Origin: Rickettsiales bacterium
GTDB lineage: Bacteria; Pseudomonadota; Alphaproteobacteria; Rickettsiales; UBA1997
NCBI GenBank assembly: GCA_005787525.1
Contig: SYAR01000030.1
Span: 1 to 63,449 of the forward strand
DNA: 63,449 nt
Direction of reading: 5' to 3'
Shown: piece after piece, positions 53,954 to 63,449 of the stretch
Numbering within the stretch: position 1 is the stretch's first letter
Layout of the letters: every line of letters starts with the position of its first letter
Made by a program: the position numbers and the translations under genes
The notes under the pieces: model-generated
Database searches by the model: none
Told to the model about the DNA's origin: nothing
What the model saw: the letters and a program-made list of their open reading frames with translations, nothing else

Positions 53954-55762
53954 ATGTCAAATTCAGTTGCCGACAATCCATTACTGAGAAACTTTCGCAA
54001 CTTATCGACCATTGTTATAATTGCCATTTTTTTTCTGGCTTTATGCTATTATATTTCGGGAATTTTATTATTATTTAGCACCTCCAAAGATTTAAAAACC
54101 ATCGATGCTTTTTTTTCCAAAGATGTTGTTAATCAATTTATCGCCATTCATAAAAACATGGTGTATTATTGGAAATTTTACTTTGAAAAACGCCAAATTC
54201 TTACCGCCAAAAGTGGCAATGGCTTTATTTTAAAATTATGGTTGGCGACTTTAATTCCTTACTTAATTTTCTTATCAATTGCGTGGATTTTTCGTGCTCC
54301 AATTATGGATTGGCGACCGTTTAAAAAACCTGAATCAATTCATGGCGACGCTCATTGGGCGAGCGATGCCGAAATTAAGAAAATGGGATTACGCTCCAAA
54401 ACTGGGGTCTTGCTCGGTAAATTTCACAACGAACACTTAATTGCCGAGGGTTATCAACACATTCTTTTATTCGCTCCAACGGGTTCTGGTAAAGGTGTGG
54501 GCTTCGTAATTCCTAATTTATTATTTTGGACCGATTCAGTTATTGTTCACGATATTAAACTCGAAAACTACGAATTAACCTCGGGTTGGCGTCGCAAAAA
54601 TTTAAAACAAAAAGTTTTTTTGTGGAATCCGGCCGATCCTGACGGAATCAGCCATTGCTACAACCCCATGGATTGGATTAGCACAAAACCTGGACAAATG
54701 GTCGATGATGTGCAAAAAATTTGTAACTTTTTATTGCCCGAACAAGAATTTTGGCAGAATGAAGCGAGATCTTTATTGGCAGGTGTTATGCTATTTTTAG
54801 TGGCGGCGGAAGATCGCCCCTGCACTCTTGGCGAAGTTGTCCGCACTTTAAGAAATGATGATGTGGTCTATAATTTGGCGGTAGTTCTTGACACTATGGG
54901 CAAAAAAATTCACCCCGTTTCCTACATGAACATCGCTTCTTATTTGCAAAAACCTGATAAAGAACGTGGTTCGGTTACTTCTACAGCCAACTCGTCGCTC
55001 GAACTTTGGGCAAACCCCTTAATTGACACTACAACCGCAACTTCAGATTTTAATTTACATGAATTCAAACTGTCTCCGCACACCGCCTATATTGGCTTAA
55101 CTCCAGATAACATTTCACGTTTAAAACCTTTGATGGGTATGTTTTATCAACAAGCGGCATCATTTTTTACCGCTAAAATGCCTCGCCCCAATGAAAAATT
55201 CGGCGTCTTGATGATGATGGATGAGTTCCCAACGCTAGGCAAAATGGAACAATTTTTAGCCGGTATCGCCTATTTCCGCGGTTATCGCGTCCGTTTATTT
55301 TTAATCATTCAAGATACTGAACAGCTCAAAGGCATTTACGAAGAAAGTGGCATGAACTCGTTTCTATCAAACTCAACTTATCGCATAACTTTTGCCGCCA
55401 ACAATATGGAAACCGCCAATTTGATTTCGCAATTAGTTGGCAACAAAACTGCGACGCAAATTTCTTATAACAAACCTAAATATCTCGATTTAAATCCAGG
55501 TGCGCGTTCGCTTCACGTCTCCGATGTCCAACGAGCTCTAATATTGCCTCAAGAGGTTATTCAACTTCCTCGCGAAGACCAAATTCTTTTAATCGAATCG
55601 CAACCACCAGTTAAGTGCAAAAAAATTACTTACTATAATGATAAATTTTTTACCACCCGACTTTTGCCAAAAATTAAAATTCCACATCAAGAGCCTTACA
55701 TGCCTGATTACGCCTCGTTAAAAGCTCAAAAACAAGCGGATGCAACCGATAAAAAAGAATAA
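53954..55762 (+). CDS. virD4: Type IV secretion coupling protein VirD4/TraG
   Basis: Two N-terminal TM helices, HGDAHWAS, Walker A LLFAPTGSGKGVGFVIPNLL, Walker B MMMDEFPTLG, and RGYRVRLFLIIQD. Confidence 0.9.
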   Translation: MSNSVADNPLLRNFRNLSTIVIIAIFFLALCYYISGILLLFSTSKDLKTIDAFFSKDVVNQFIAIHKNMVYYWKFYFEKRQILTAKSGNGFILKLWLATLIPYLIFLSIAWIFRAPIMDWRPFKKPESIHGDAHWASDAEIKKMGLRSKTGVLLGKFHNEHLIAEGYQHILLFAPTGSGKGVGFVIPNLLFWTDSVIVHDIKLENYELTSGWRRKNLKQKVFLWNPADPDGISHCYNPMDWISTKPGQMVDDVQKICNFLLPEQEFWQNEARSLLAGVMLFLVAAEDRPCTLGEVVRTLRNDDVVYNLAVVLDTMGKKIHPVSYMNIASYLQKPDKERGSVTSTANSSLELWANPLIDTTTATSDFNLHEFKLSPHTAYIGLTPDNISRLKPLMGMFYQQAASFFTAKMPRPNEKFGVLMMMDEFPTLGKMEQFLAGIAYFRGYRVRLFLIIQDTEQLKGIYEESGMNSFLSNSTYRITFAANNMETANLISQLVGNKTATQISYNKPKYLDLNPGARSLHVSDVQRALILPQEVIQLPREDQILLIESQPPVKCKKITYYNDKFFTTRLLPKIKIPHQEPYMPDYASLKAQKQADATDKKE

Positions 55763-55768
55763 ATATAA

Positions 55769-56653
55769 GTGAAAAATTCTCTTTTTAAACACAACTCCAA
55801 AAAATTGATTAAGGCTGGGGTTGTAGGCTTCCCAATCTATCATTCACTCTCACCAACAATTCATAATTTCTATTTAAAAAAATATAAAATCAATGGAACT
55901 TATGAAGCTTTTGAAATTCCTAACGAAAATTTTGAAGAATCAATAGAAAATCTTGTCCGTCAACAAGGTTTATCTGGATTTAATATCACCATTCCGCACA
56001 AAGAAAAAATTTACAATTTATGTCATCATTTCAGTAAAACCGCGCACATTACCAAAGCCGTCAACACGGTAATTATTATGCAAAATGGTAAATTTTTTGG
56101 ACATAATTCCGACGCCGATGGTTTTGTTAAAAATTTTTATAATCATTGCCCAAATTATCAATTAAAAAATAAAAAATGTTTGTTAATCGGTGCCGGTGGA
56201 GCTAGTCGCGCTATAGTTTATAGCCTTATTTCGCAAAAAGTTGCCAAAATTTTTATCACCAATCGCGATCAAGAAAAAGCTTTAAAATTAATCGCTGATT
56301 TTAAAAATTTTTCTCAACAAAATTTAGTTGAACTAGAATTCGTTCCATTAAAAACAAAGTTTGACTTTTTAAATGAAATCGATTTGATAATAAACGGCAC
56401 TTCGCTTGGCATGATCAATCAACAAAAACTTGATATTGATATTTACAACGCTAAAAAAACTGCTATAGTTTATGATATAGTTTATAAACCATTAATTACC
56501 GATCTTTTGAAGCAAGCAAAGGAGCTTGATTTAAAAATAATTACCGGAATTGGTATGCTTATTGAACAAGCTCTGGTAGGCTTCGAGGCTTGGTTTAAAA
56601 TCAAGGCTGAGTTTGATTTGGAACTTGAAAAAATTTTATTAAAAAATTGTTAA
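55769..56653 (+). CDS. aroE: Shikimate dehydrogenase
   Basis: GTG start, GFPIYHSLSPTIHN, GFNITIPHKE, NTV..., the Rossmann motif LIGAGGASRAIVYSL, and YDIVYKP. Confidence 0.85.
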   Translation: MKNSLFKHNSKKLIKAGVVGFPIYHSLSPTIHNFYLKKYKINGTYEAFEIPNENFEESIENLVRQQGLSGFNITIPHKEKIYNLCHHFSKTAHITKAVNTVIIMQNGKFFGHNSDADGFVKNFYNHCPNYQLKNKKCLLIGAGGASRAIVYSLISQKVAKIFITNRDQEKALKLIADFKNFSQQNLVELEFVPLKTKFDFLNEIDLIINGTSLGMINQQKLDIDIYNAKKTAIVYDIVYKPLITDLLKQAKELDLKIITGIGMLIEQALVGFEAWFKIKAEFDLELEKILLKNC

Positions 56654-56656
56654 TTT

Positions 56657-56950
56657 ATGAAATTTATAAAAAATATTTTAAAATCAATAAAGGAAATTTT
56701 GATTACTTTATTGTTAATTTTAATAGTTATTTTCATGATAAATAATCGTGAAATTATTGAAGTAAAATTTTATCCACTACCGATTGATAAAATTCAAACT
56801 CGAATGTTCTTTTTGATGTTAATTTTTTATTTACTTGGCTTATTAACTGCGATTATGATTTACTCCAACACCCTAGTAAAATCAGCAATCAGAAACTTCA
56901 AACAAAAACATCAAATTAAAAAATTAGAAAAACAAATTAATGAAAAATAA
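56657..56950 (+). CDS. LapA-domain (DUF1049) small inner-membrane protein
   Basis: 97 aa with two TM helices and a C-terminal basic coiled segment, an architecture typical of lipopolysaccharide assembly protein A family members. Confidence 0.5.
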   Translation: MKFIKNILKSIKEILITLLLILIVIFMINNREIIEVKFYPLPIDKIQTRMFFLMLIFYLLGLLTAIMIYSNTLVKSAIRNFKQKHQIKKLEKQINEK

Positions 56951-57512
56951 AATCTTTAATCTTTTAGTATTTTTTATGCTTTTTTCAACCGAAATTTTAG
57001 CCAAAAATTCATCAAATCAAGAAAATATAATTCTTGCCGGAGGTTGTTTTTGGGGCGTCGAAGAGTTATTTCAAAATTTTGAAGGCGTCATCGCCACTGA
57101 AGTTGGTTATTCGGGCGGATTTAGCGAAAACCCAACTTATGAAACGGTTTCAACCGGCTTAACGGGGCACGCCGAGTCGGTTCAAATTACTTTTGACAAT
57201 TCCAAAACTTCACTCGAAAAAATATTAAAATTTTTCTTTGCCATTCATGATCCGACCCAACTTAATCGACAACAAAACGATGTGGGATCGCAATATCGTT
57301 CCGAAATTTTTTATTTTAGCGAGAAGCAAAAAGAACAAGCTGAAAACATTATTGAGCAAGCTGAAAAATTAAAGATTTATAAATCAAAAATTCAAACAAA
57401 AATCTCTCTCGCTTCCAAGTTTTATAAAGCTGAAAAATATCATCAAGATTATCTCAAAAACAATCCCAACGGTTACACCTGCCACTATTTAAGAGAAGAG
57501 TGGAAATTTTAA
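56940..57512 (+). CDS. msrA: Peptide methionine (S)-sulfoxide reductase MsrA with signal peptide
   Basis: LAGGCFWGVEELF, GYSGG, TGHAESVQITFD, QYRSEIFY, and the N-terminal MKNKIFNLLVFFMLFSTEILA. Confidence 0.9.
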   Translation: MKNKIFNLLVFFMLFSTEILAKNSSNQENIILAGGCFWGVEELFQNFEGVIATEVGYSGGFSENPTYETVSTGLTGHAESVQITFDNSKTSLEKILKFFFAIHDPTQLNRQQNDVGSQYRSEIFYFSEKQKEQAENIIEQAEKLKIYKSKIQTKISLASKFYKAEKYHQDYLKNNPNGYTCHYLREEWKF

Positions 57513-57517
57513 CTTTC

Positions 57518-57546
57518 TTGACATTTGTCAATGCAATATTAAAAAT
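57518..57546 (+). promoter_or_regulatory. Promoter candidate upstream of nusA, with palindromic -35 region
   Basis: TTGACA (57518..57523) lies within the palindrome ttgacatttgtcaa. After a 16-17 nt spacer comes a TAAAAA/AAAAAT -10-like box. Confidence 0.3.
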
Positions 57547-57673
57547 TTGATTTATTGTTGTTAAAGTTGTTGATTTAAATTTTGAGGTTTTTATTATGAG
57601 TTAGTCTCATCTCATATAGGCTTAAAGTTTCATTTTAAATCAATAATAATTTTAATTTAATTAACGAATAAGT

Positions 57674-58960
57674 ATGGCAAGTAATTTAACTATCATGGGC
57701 AACAAAGAAATATTGCTAGTTGCTGAAAATATTGCACATGAAAAAGGCATCACTCTTCAAGAGGTTGTTGAGGCAATGGAAGAAGGCATTAAGCTAGCCG
57801 CCAAGAAAAAATATGGTAGCCACCTTGATATTGAATGTCGTATTGATAAAAAATCTGGTCAAATTAAACTTTATAACAAGCTTCAAATTGTTGATAATGA
57901 CGTTGAAGATTTTGATGTTCGAAGTAAAATCACCATCACCATCGCTAAAAAAGATAATGCCGATGCTCAAATTGGCGATTTCATCGCTCAAGAACTTCCG
58001 CCAATTGATCTCAATCGAGTTGTTGCTCAAGTTGCCCGCAACGAAATAATTCGTAAAGTTAAAGAAGCTGAAAAAAATAAAGAATATAATGAATTTAAAG
58101 ATCGCATTGGTGATGTTGTGAGTGCTACTGTTAAGAAGGTCGGCTTGAAAAATATCGTGATGGATGTCGATGGCTTTGAAGCCGTTATTCATGAAAGCGG
58201 TTTGATCGCTCGTGAAAATTTCCGCGTTGGCGATCGCATTCGTTGCTACATTGAAGATGTTCGCAAAGAATCTTTCGGTGCCCAAATATTTTTATCACGT
58301 ACTCATCCACAATTTTTGGTTAAACTTTTTGAACAAGAAGTTCCTGAATTAAATGACGGCAATATCGAAGTCAAAGCCGTGGCTCGTGACGCTGGTTCTC
58401 GTGCTAAAATCGCCATTTATTCTCGTCGTGACGATATCGATATTATCGGCTCTTTCATTGGTATTCGCGGAAGCAGAGTGCAATCAGTTAGTTCTGAATT
58501 GCGCGGTGAAAAAATTGACATCCTTAAATGGTCTCCAAATATTGCCGAGCTCGTTATTAGTTCTTTAACTCCAGCCAAAGTAAGTAAAGTTGTGGTTGAT
58601 GAAGAAAATAATTTAATCGAGGTTGTTGTCGCCGAAGATCAACTTAGCCTTGCAATTGGACGTGGTGGACAAAATGTTAAATTAGCCTCAAAATTAGTTG
58701 GTTACAAAATCGACGTCATGACCGACGATCAAGAATCAGCCCGCAGAACGGCAGAATTTAATCAAGCTTCTAAATTATTTATCGAGGCTCTCGATGTTGA
58801 AGATATGATCGCTAGTTTACTTGCTTCTGAAGGCTTCTTGAATGTTGAATCAATTGTTGATGCCGATATTTCTGACATTTCTTCAATTCAGGGTTTTGAT
58901 GAAGATATTGCCAAAGAAATCAAACGTCGAGCCGAAGAATATTTACAAAGAAACTCATAA
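57674..58960 (+). CDS. nusA: Transcription termination/antitermination factor NusA
   Basis: N-terminal domain (NKEILLVAENIAHEKGI), S1 domain, KH1/KH2 (GIRGSRVQSVSSEL, AIGRGGQNVKLASKL). An alternative start at the in-frame ATG at 57695 is possible. Confidence 0.9.
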   Translation: MASNLTIMGNKEILLVAENIAHEKGITLQEVVEAMEEGIKLAAKKKYGSHLDIECRIDKKSGQIKLYNKLQIVDNDVEDFDVRSKITITIAKKDNADAQIGDFIAQELPPIDLNRVVAQVARNEIIRKVKEAEKNKEYNEFKDRIGDVVSATVKKVGLKNIVMDVDGFEAVIHESGLIARENFRVGDRIRCYIEDVRKESFGAQIFLSRTHPQFLVKLFEQEVPELNDGNIEVKAVARDAGSRAKIAIYSRRDDIDIIGSFIGIRGSRVQSVSSELRGEKIDILKWSPNIAELVISSLTPAKVSKVVVDEENNLIEVVVAEDQLSLAIGRGGQNVKLASKLVGYKIDVMTDDQESARRTAEFNQASKLFIEALDVEDMIASLLASEGFLNVESIVDADISDISSIQGFDEDIAKEIKRRAEEYLQRNS

Positions 58961-59000
58961 CTTTATGAATTTTACTAACTAAAAATTTAATTTTTTAATA

Positions 59001-61592
59001 ATGACCGATAAAAATAATAATAATCCAACCCGCTCAAAGCTTACTCTAAAGCTATCGCCTTCGGTTATAAATAATTCCAACACCACAAGCAACAACTCTA
59101 ATGATAAAAAATCTTCGCACTCGGTTCAGGTAACAATTAAAGGTCGCAAAAATCCTCAAAAAGATTCGTTTAATTTAAATTCAAAAGATTTAAATTCAAA
59201 AGACTTAAATAAAAATGAGCTTGAAGCAAGAATGAAAGCCATTTCAAAGGATTCTTCAAAACCTGTTGAAAGCGATATAAAAACTCACGAGATTCTAAGT
59301 AAAATTACCAAAGAAAATCGTCAAAATGAAGCTGAAGCCTTAGAAAAACAAGCTTCAGCATTAATTGAAGAAAATCAAAAAGTCGAAATATCCCCTGAAA
59401 TTATCGAGCCAGTTATTGTTGAAGAAACAAATGTTAAATCAACTTTAACCCTAGAAAACAAAGAGTTAGACGGCTTTGACGTTCGCAATAAAATTAAACA
59501 AAGTCTTCAAATTGCTAACAAACAAAAAGAAGAGCGTGAAAAAATTTTAGAAGAAAAACGCAAAAAAGAACAACTAGAAAAAGATCGAGTTGAAAATGAA
59601 AAGAAAAAATTTAAAAAACCCGTTTATCAAAATCAAACTCCACAACAAAAAGCTTTTCAAGAAGAAGAGGCACGTAAAAAGCCTAATATCAAGGATTTAA
59701 GCAAGGATCAAAAATTTAATTCAAGAAAACTCACCTACATTATAAGCTCGGATGATACCGATGATGATTTTGGTTTTTCGCGGCGTAAAAAACACAAAAT
59801 TCAAATTAAAGAAGAGCCAAAAGAATATAAAAAAATTATTCGTGAAGTAAATTTACCTGAATTAATTACGGTTTCAGAGCTCGCTGAGCGTATGTCGGAA
59901 AAGGCGGGAGATGTTGTAAAAAAATTATTCACTATGGGCATGGTGGTAACCAGTAATCAAGCAATAGACACCGAAACCGCCGAAATTATCGTTAATGAAT
60001 TTGGTCACACCAGCAAAAGAGTTTCTCATTCTGATGTGGAAAATGTTCTAGATAATATTGGTGGCGAGGACTCTGAATTATTACCAAGAGCACCGGTAGT
60101 TACAATTATGGGTCACGTCGATCACGGTAAAACTTCTTTGCTTGATGCGTTGCGAACTACAGACGTCGCTTCGGGTGAACATGGCGGAATCACTCAGCAT
60201 ATTGGTGCCTCGAGAATTCAAACTAAAGATCATAAATTTATCACATTTCTCGACACTCCAGGGCACGAAGCCTTTACCGAAATGCGTTCACGCGGTGCTA
60301 ACGTCACCGATATTGTCGTTCTGGTAGTTGCGGCCGATGATGGCGTTAAAGAGCAAACAATTGAAGCCATTAACCATGCCAAAGCCGCCAATGTTCCAAT
60401 CATCGTTGCAGTCAATAAAATTGATAAACCGGGGGCTAATCCTCAAATCGTTAAAAATGAACTTTTGAATCACCAACTTATTTCCGAAGATTTAGGAGGC
60501 GACGTCATGTTTATTTCCGTTTCCGCCAAAGCCAAAACTAATCTTGATAAACTCGAAGAAGCGATTTTGCTTCAAGCCGAATTTCTTGAACTTAAAGCCC
60601 CATATCGCGGTAAATCAAGTGGCGTAGTTATTGAATCACGAGTTGATCCCGCGCGCGGAGTTGTCGCCACAATGCTAGTGCAAAAAGGCACTCTTGACGT
60701 TGGCGATCTAGTCGTTGTCGGCACTTCTTACGGTAAAATTCGTAAAATGAATGATGATACTGGTAAAAATATAAAAACCGCCACACCGTCAGTTCCCGTT
60801 GAGGTTCTAGGGTTAGATAGCGCTCCAAATGCTGGCGATAAATTCGTTGAGGTCGATGAAGAGCGTCAAGCCCGTGAAATTATTTCTTATCGTTTACGCA
60901 AAGAAAAAGAATTGAAAGCTTTAAAAAATTCTGCCAAATCAATTTCTGATATTTTCAAAGAATCAGGAAAAGGTAAATTAAAATATCTAAATATTATCAT
61001 CAAAGGTGATGTTCATGGCTCGGTTGAAGCTATATCCGGAACGATTTCCAAACTTAGCACCGACGAAGTTGCCATCAAAATTATTCACTCGGCAACGGGT
61101 GGAATAAGCGAGAGCGACGTTAGTCTGGCGACCGCTTCGGGTGCAATGATCATCGGTTTCAACGTTCGTGCCAATCCTTCCGCCAAAGAACTAGCCAACA
61201 CAAAAGGCGTTGAACTTCGTTATTATTCGATCATTTATAATTTGGTTGACGATTTGAAATTATTACTCTCTGGATTATTAACCCCACTTAAAAGTGAAGA
61301 ATATCTTGGTCAAGCTGAAATTCGTCAAATTTTTAAAATTACTAATATTGGAAAAATTGCTGGTTGCTTTGTAATCAATGGGATAATCAAAAGAAATGGC
61401 AAAGCACGTTTATTGCGCGATAATATAGTTCTTCACGATGGAATTTTAAAAACTTTAAAACGCTTTAAAGAAGACGCTAAAGAAGTTAAAAACGGCTTTG
61501 AATGCGGTATCGCTTTTGAAAATTTCGAAGATCTTAAAGAAAAAGATATCATTGAATGTTATGAAATTGTAGAACAAAAAAGAACAATATGA
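59001..61592 (+). CDS. infB: Translation initiation factor IF-2
   Basis: Low-complexity N-terminus, then the G domain [24 protein letters not shown] and NKID. The C-terminal domains are conserved. Confidence 0.95.
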   Translation: MTDKNNNNPTRSKLTLKLSPSVINNSNTTSNNSNDKKSSHSVQVTIKGRKNPQKDSFNLNSKDLNSKDLNKNELEARMKAISKDSSKPVESDIKTHEILSKITKENRQNEAEALEKQASALIEENQKVEISPEIIEPVIVEETNVKSTLTLENKELDGFDVRNKIKQSLQIANKQKEEREKILEEKRKKEQLEKDRVENEKKKFKKPVYQNQTPQQKAFQEEEARKKPNIKDLSKDQKFNSRKLTYIISSDDTDDDFGFSRRKKHKIQIKEEPKEYKKIIREVNLPELITVSELAERMSEKAGDVVKKLFTMGMVVTSNQAIDTETAEIIVNEFGHTSKRVSHSDVENVLDNIGGEDSELLPRAPVVTIMGHVDHGKTSLLDALRTTDVASGEHGGITQHIGASRIQTKDHKFITFLDTPGHEAFTEMRSRGANVTDIVVLVVAADDGVKEQTIEAINHAKAANVPIIVAVNKIDKPGANPQIVKNELLNHQLISEDLGGDVMFISVSAKAKTNLDKLEEAILLQAEFLELKAPYRGKSSGVVIESRVDPARGVVATMLVQKGTLDVGDLVVVGTSYGKIRKMNDDTGKNIKTATPSVPVEVLGLDSAPNAGDKFVEVDEERQAREIISYRLRKEKELKALKNSAKSISDIFKESGKGKLKYLNIIIKGDVHGSVEAISGTISKLSTDEVAIKIIHSATGGISESDVSLATASGAMIIGFNVRANPSAKELANTKGVELRYYSIIYNLVDDLKLLLSGLLTPLKSEEYLGQAEIRQIFKITNIGKIAGCFVINGIIKRNGKARLLRDNIVLHDGILKTLKRFKEDAKEVKNGFECGIAFENFEDLKEKDIIECYEIVEQKRTI

Positions 61593-62134
61593 ATTTAAAC
61601 CTAAACACTATGAAATACGCTTTAACTTCTCGCATCCTTCATTGGGTCATGGCAGTTTTGATAATTTTTTTGCTTGGTCTTGGAATTTATATGAATGATT
61701 TTCTCGACAAAGATTCCGCCAATCGTCTCGATATTTATAATCTTCATAAATCTCTCGGAGTTATAGTTTTAATTTTAGTTTTTTTACGCATTATAAATCG
61801 CCTCTTAACCCGCGCGCCAGCCCTGCCCTTCGCTATTTCGGCTCTCGAAAAAAAATTGGCAAAATTTGCTCATTTGGCTTTATATTTTTTAATGTTTACG
61901 ACGCCATTTTCGGGTTATTTAATGTCGAGTTTTGCTGGTTATCCGGTTAAACTTTTTGCCATCGAATTACCGAATTTTTTTGAAGCAAATTATGAAATCG
62001 CCGAATTTTTTGCCGAAGCCCATGAGCTTTCCGCCTTTACACTTCTAGGTTTAATCGTGATTCATATTTTAGCGGTAATTCGTCATCGCTTTTTTGACAA
62101 ACCGGGAAATGACGTTTTAAATAGGATGATGTAA
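61589..62134 (+). CDS. Cytochrome b561 family protein (CybB-like)
   Basis: Four TM helices carry conserved His residues ([26 protein letters not shown]). Its ATG overlaps the infB stop (ATGA). Confidence 0.7.
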   Translation: MNLNLNTMKYALTSRILHWVMAVLIIFLLGLGIYMNDFLDKDSANRLDIYNLHKSLGVIVLILVFLRIINRLLTRAPALPFAISALEKKLAKFAHLALYFLMFTTPFSGYLMSSFAGYPVKLFAIELPNFFEANYEIAEFFAEAHELSAFTLLGLIVIHILAVIRHRFFDKPGNDVLNRMM

Positions 62135-62889
62135 TGTTAAAATACCGCATAATTCCCTGCCTCGATGTCAAAGATGGAAGAGTTGTCAAAGGTGTAAATT
62201 TTGAAAATCTGGCAGATGCTGGCGACCCAATTGCTCAAGCACAATTTTATTATCAAGCCGGAGCCGACGAGCTTTGTTTTCTTGACATTAACGCTTCAAA
62301 AGAAAATCGTTCGACCATGTTTGAAATGGTCAAAAAAGTTGCCAAAAAATGTTTTATTCCTTTTACAGTTGGTGGTGGAGTTAATAAAATCGAAGACTTC
62401 TCAACCCTTTTGAAATGCGGAGCCGACAAGGTTTCGATAAATTCATCGGCAATCGAAAATCCTCAATTAATTCAAGATGCCTCACGCAAATTCGGTGCAC
62501 AATGCGTCGTGGTAGCGATCGATGTTAAAAAAAATTCAGCTGGAAATTACGAAGTTTTTTCTCATGGTGGCTCTAAAGCAACTGGTCTTGATGCAATCAA
62601 TTGGGCAATCGAAGTCCAAAAATTAGGTGCTGGAGAAATTTTATTAACTTCGATGGATAGAGACGGCACTAAATCAGGATATGATTTAGATTTAATCAAA
62701 AAAATCTCTTCGGTAATCAATATTCCATTGATTGCTTCGGGCGGAGTTGGCAATTTAGATCACCTCGCTTCGGGCTTGAAATCTGGAGCCTCGGCAGTTT
62801 TGGCAGCCTCAATTTTTCACTTCAAAACTCATTCAATTCAAGAAGCAAAACAATATTTGAAATCACAAAACCTTGCAGTTAGAATATAA
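62134..62889 (+). CDS. hisF: Imidazole glycerol phosphate synthase cyclase subunit
   Basis: [50 protein letters not shown] and ASGGVG. Confidence 0.95.
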   Translation: MLKYRIIPCLDVKDGRVVKGVNFENLADAGDPIAQAQFYYQAGADELCFLDINASKENRSTMFEMVKKVAKKCFIPFTVGGGVNKIEDFSTLLKCGADKVSINSSAIENPQLIQDASRKFGAQCVVVAIDVKKNSAGNYEVFSHGGSKATGLDAINWAIEVQKLGAGEILLTSMDRDGTKSGYDLDLIKKISSVINIPLIASGGVGNLDHLASGLKSGASAVLAASIFHFKTHSIQEAKQYLKSQNLAVRI

Positions 62890-63137
62890 TCACCATCAAC
62901 TACTTTTAATTATTTATACTAATTCAGAATAAAAAGTTTTTATTTTCTTCATAAATATTTTTTTACTTCAAAATAATTATTTAAGTTAAGAAGAAATAAC
63001 TTTTCATTGCTAATTTTGATTATAAAAGATTTATTTTTATAAATTTCACCTTGCGAAATAATTTTAGAAAATTATCTTTGTTGAAGATTTCTTCCAAAAA
63101 AATGGCTTAATTCTAACTAATACAACATTTCATATAT

Positions 63138-63225
63138 GGACAGGTGGCCGAGCGGTTTAAGGCAGCAGTCTTGAAAACTGCCGTACAGCGATGTACCGTG
63201 AGTTCGAATCTCACCCTGTCCGCCA
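63138..63225 (+). tRNA. tRNA-Ser (anticodon TGA), class II, CCA encoded
   Basis: GGACAGGTGGCCGAGCGGTTTAAGGCAGCAGTCTTGAAAACTGCCGTACAGCGATGTACCGTGAGTTCGAATCTCACCCTGTCCGCCA has anticodon loop CTTGAAA, a long variable arm and T-loop GTTCGAATC. Confidence 0.9.
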
Positions 63226-63227
63226 AT

Positions 63228-63259
63228 AAAAAAGGGCTCCCTTCGGGGAGCCCTTTTTT
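63228..63259 (+). terminator. Rho-independent terminator after tRNA-Ser
   Basis: aaaaaagggctccc-ttcg-gggagccctttttt is a perfect GC-rich stem with a tetraloop and T-run. Confidence 0.85.
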
Positions 63260-63263
63260 ATTG

Positions 63264-63311
63264 GCGAACAGTGTGAGTTCGTTACTCACGGTTCGTGAGT
63301 TCGAAAATCTT
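63264..63311 (+). repeat. 48-bp direct repeat, copy 1 (contains a tRNA-Ser T-arm-like 12-mer)
   Basis: gcgaacagtgtgagttcgttactcacggttcgtgagttcgaaaatctt is identical to 63402..63449. The internal hairpin is gtgagt/actcac, and cgtgagttcgaa equals tRNA positions 63197..63208. Confidence 0.9.
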
Positions 63312-63401
63312 AGTAATTTTTCTTGATGAACGAAGTGAATCTAGAAAAATCTTGAAGATTTCAAGTGAGCGAAGCGAACGCCATCTCACCCTGTCCGAAT
63401 T

Positions 63402-63449
63402 GCGAACAGTGTGAGTTCGTTACTCACGGTTCGTGAGTTCGAAAATCTT
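63402..63449 (+). repeat. 48-bp direct repeat, copy 2 (runs to the window end; may extend further)
   Basis: Exact copy of 63264..63311. It is preceded at 63383..63397 by atctcaccctgtccg, an exact copy of the tRNA-Ser 3' end (63208..63222). Confidence 0.9.

Noticed and set aside
57794-58285. 163-aa minus-strand ORF
   Set aside because: It is antisense to nusA, which has clear S1/KH domains. Its product is low-complexity I/F/N-rich.
63144-63326. 60-aa plus-strand ORF
   Set aside because: It is a translation of the tRNA-Ser gene, its terminator and the 48-bp repeat, so it is not a protein gene.
1-63449. Searched by eye for CRISPR arrays, IS elements/transposases, phage modules, toxin-antitoxin pairs and rRNA operons
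   Set aside because: No regularly spaced direct repeats, no transposase or phage-like ORFs and no rRNA-like sequence were seen. The only recombinase is the housekeeping-type xerD.

Overview
The window is a densely packed, visibly AT-rich bacterial chromosome segment with about 60 protein genes, 3 tRNAs and short intergenic gaps. The standard genetic code fits all long ORFs.

The gene content points to an alphaproteobacterium, probably a host-associated Rickettsiales/Holosporales-like lineage; this is an inference. Supporting genes are a DUF1674/SDHAF4-like mini-protein, a CobS-like AAA ATPase, monofunctional HisB, CcmH, a Cox11-like protein, PntB, and scattered vir-type type IV secretion genes.

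Most of the window is housekeeping: maeB, pgk, pyrE, kdsD, pntB, efp, dapF, ccmH, tolQ, ftsK, leuB, cyaY, pdxH, trmD, xerD, htpG, lipB, ruvA, kdsA, polA, sodB, hisB, nagZ, aroE, msrA, nusA, infB, hisF. I found no CRISPR array, transposase, phage block or rRNA.

The parts that deserve a second look are:
- Two tandem VirB2/TrbC-type pilin paralogs have near-identical signal peptides and pilin cores. Each carries a divergent eight-cysteine insert of about 90 aa and is preceded by a (GGCTTT)3 repeat.
- A prepilin-leader + LamG-like + two Sushi/CCP-like cysteine modules gene is split by a single in-frame TAA.
- An omptin-family outer-membrane protease homolog shows an apparent Asp-to-Asn change in one catalytic pair.
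- An Fe/Mn superoxide dismutase has an in-frame upstream lipoprotein signal peptide.
- A solitary VirD4 coupling protein lies away from any other vir gene.
- tRNA-Ser at the window end is followed by duplicated tRNA 3' fragments and a 48-bp exact direct repeat, which looks like an integration-site scar.
- A GC-rich 83-nt Y-shaped palindromic element sits in an AT-rich spacer.

All functional calls rest on motif recognition by eye. No database search was run.
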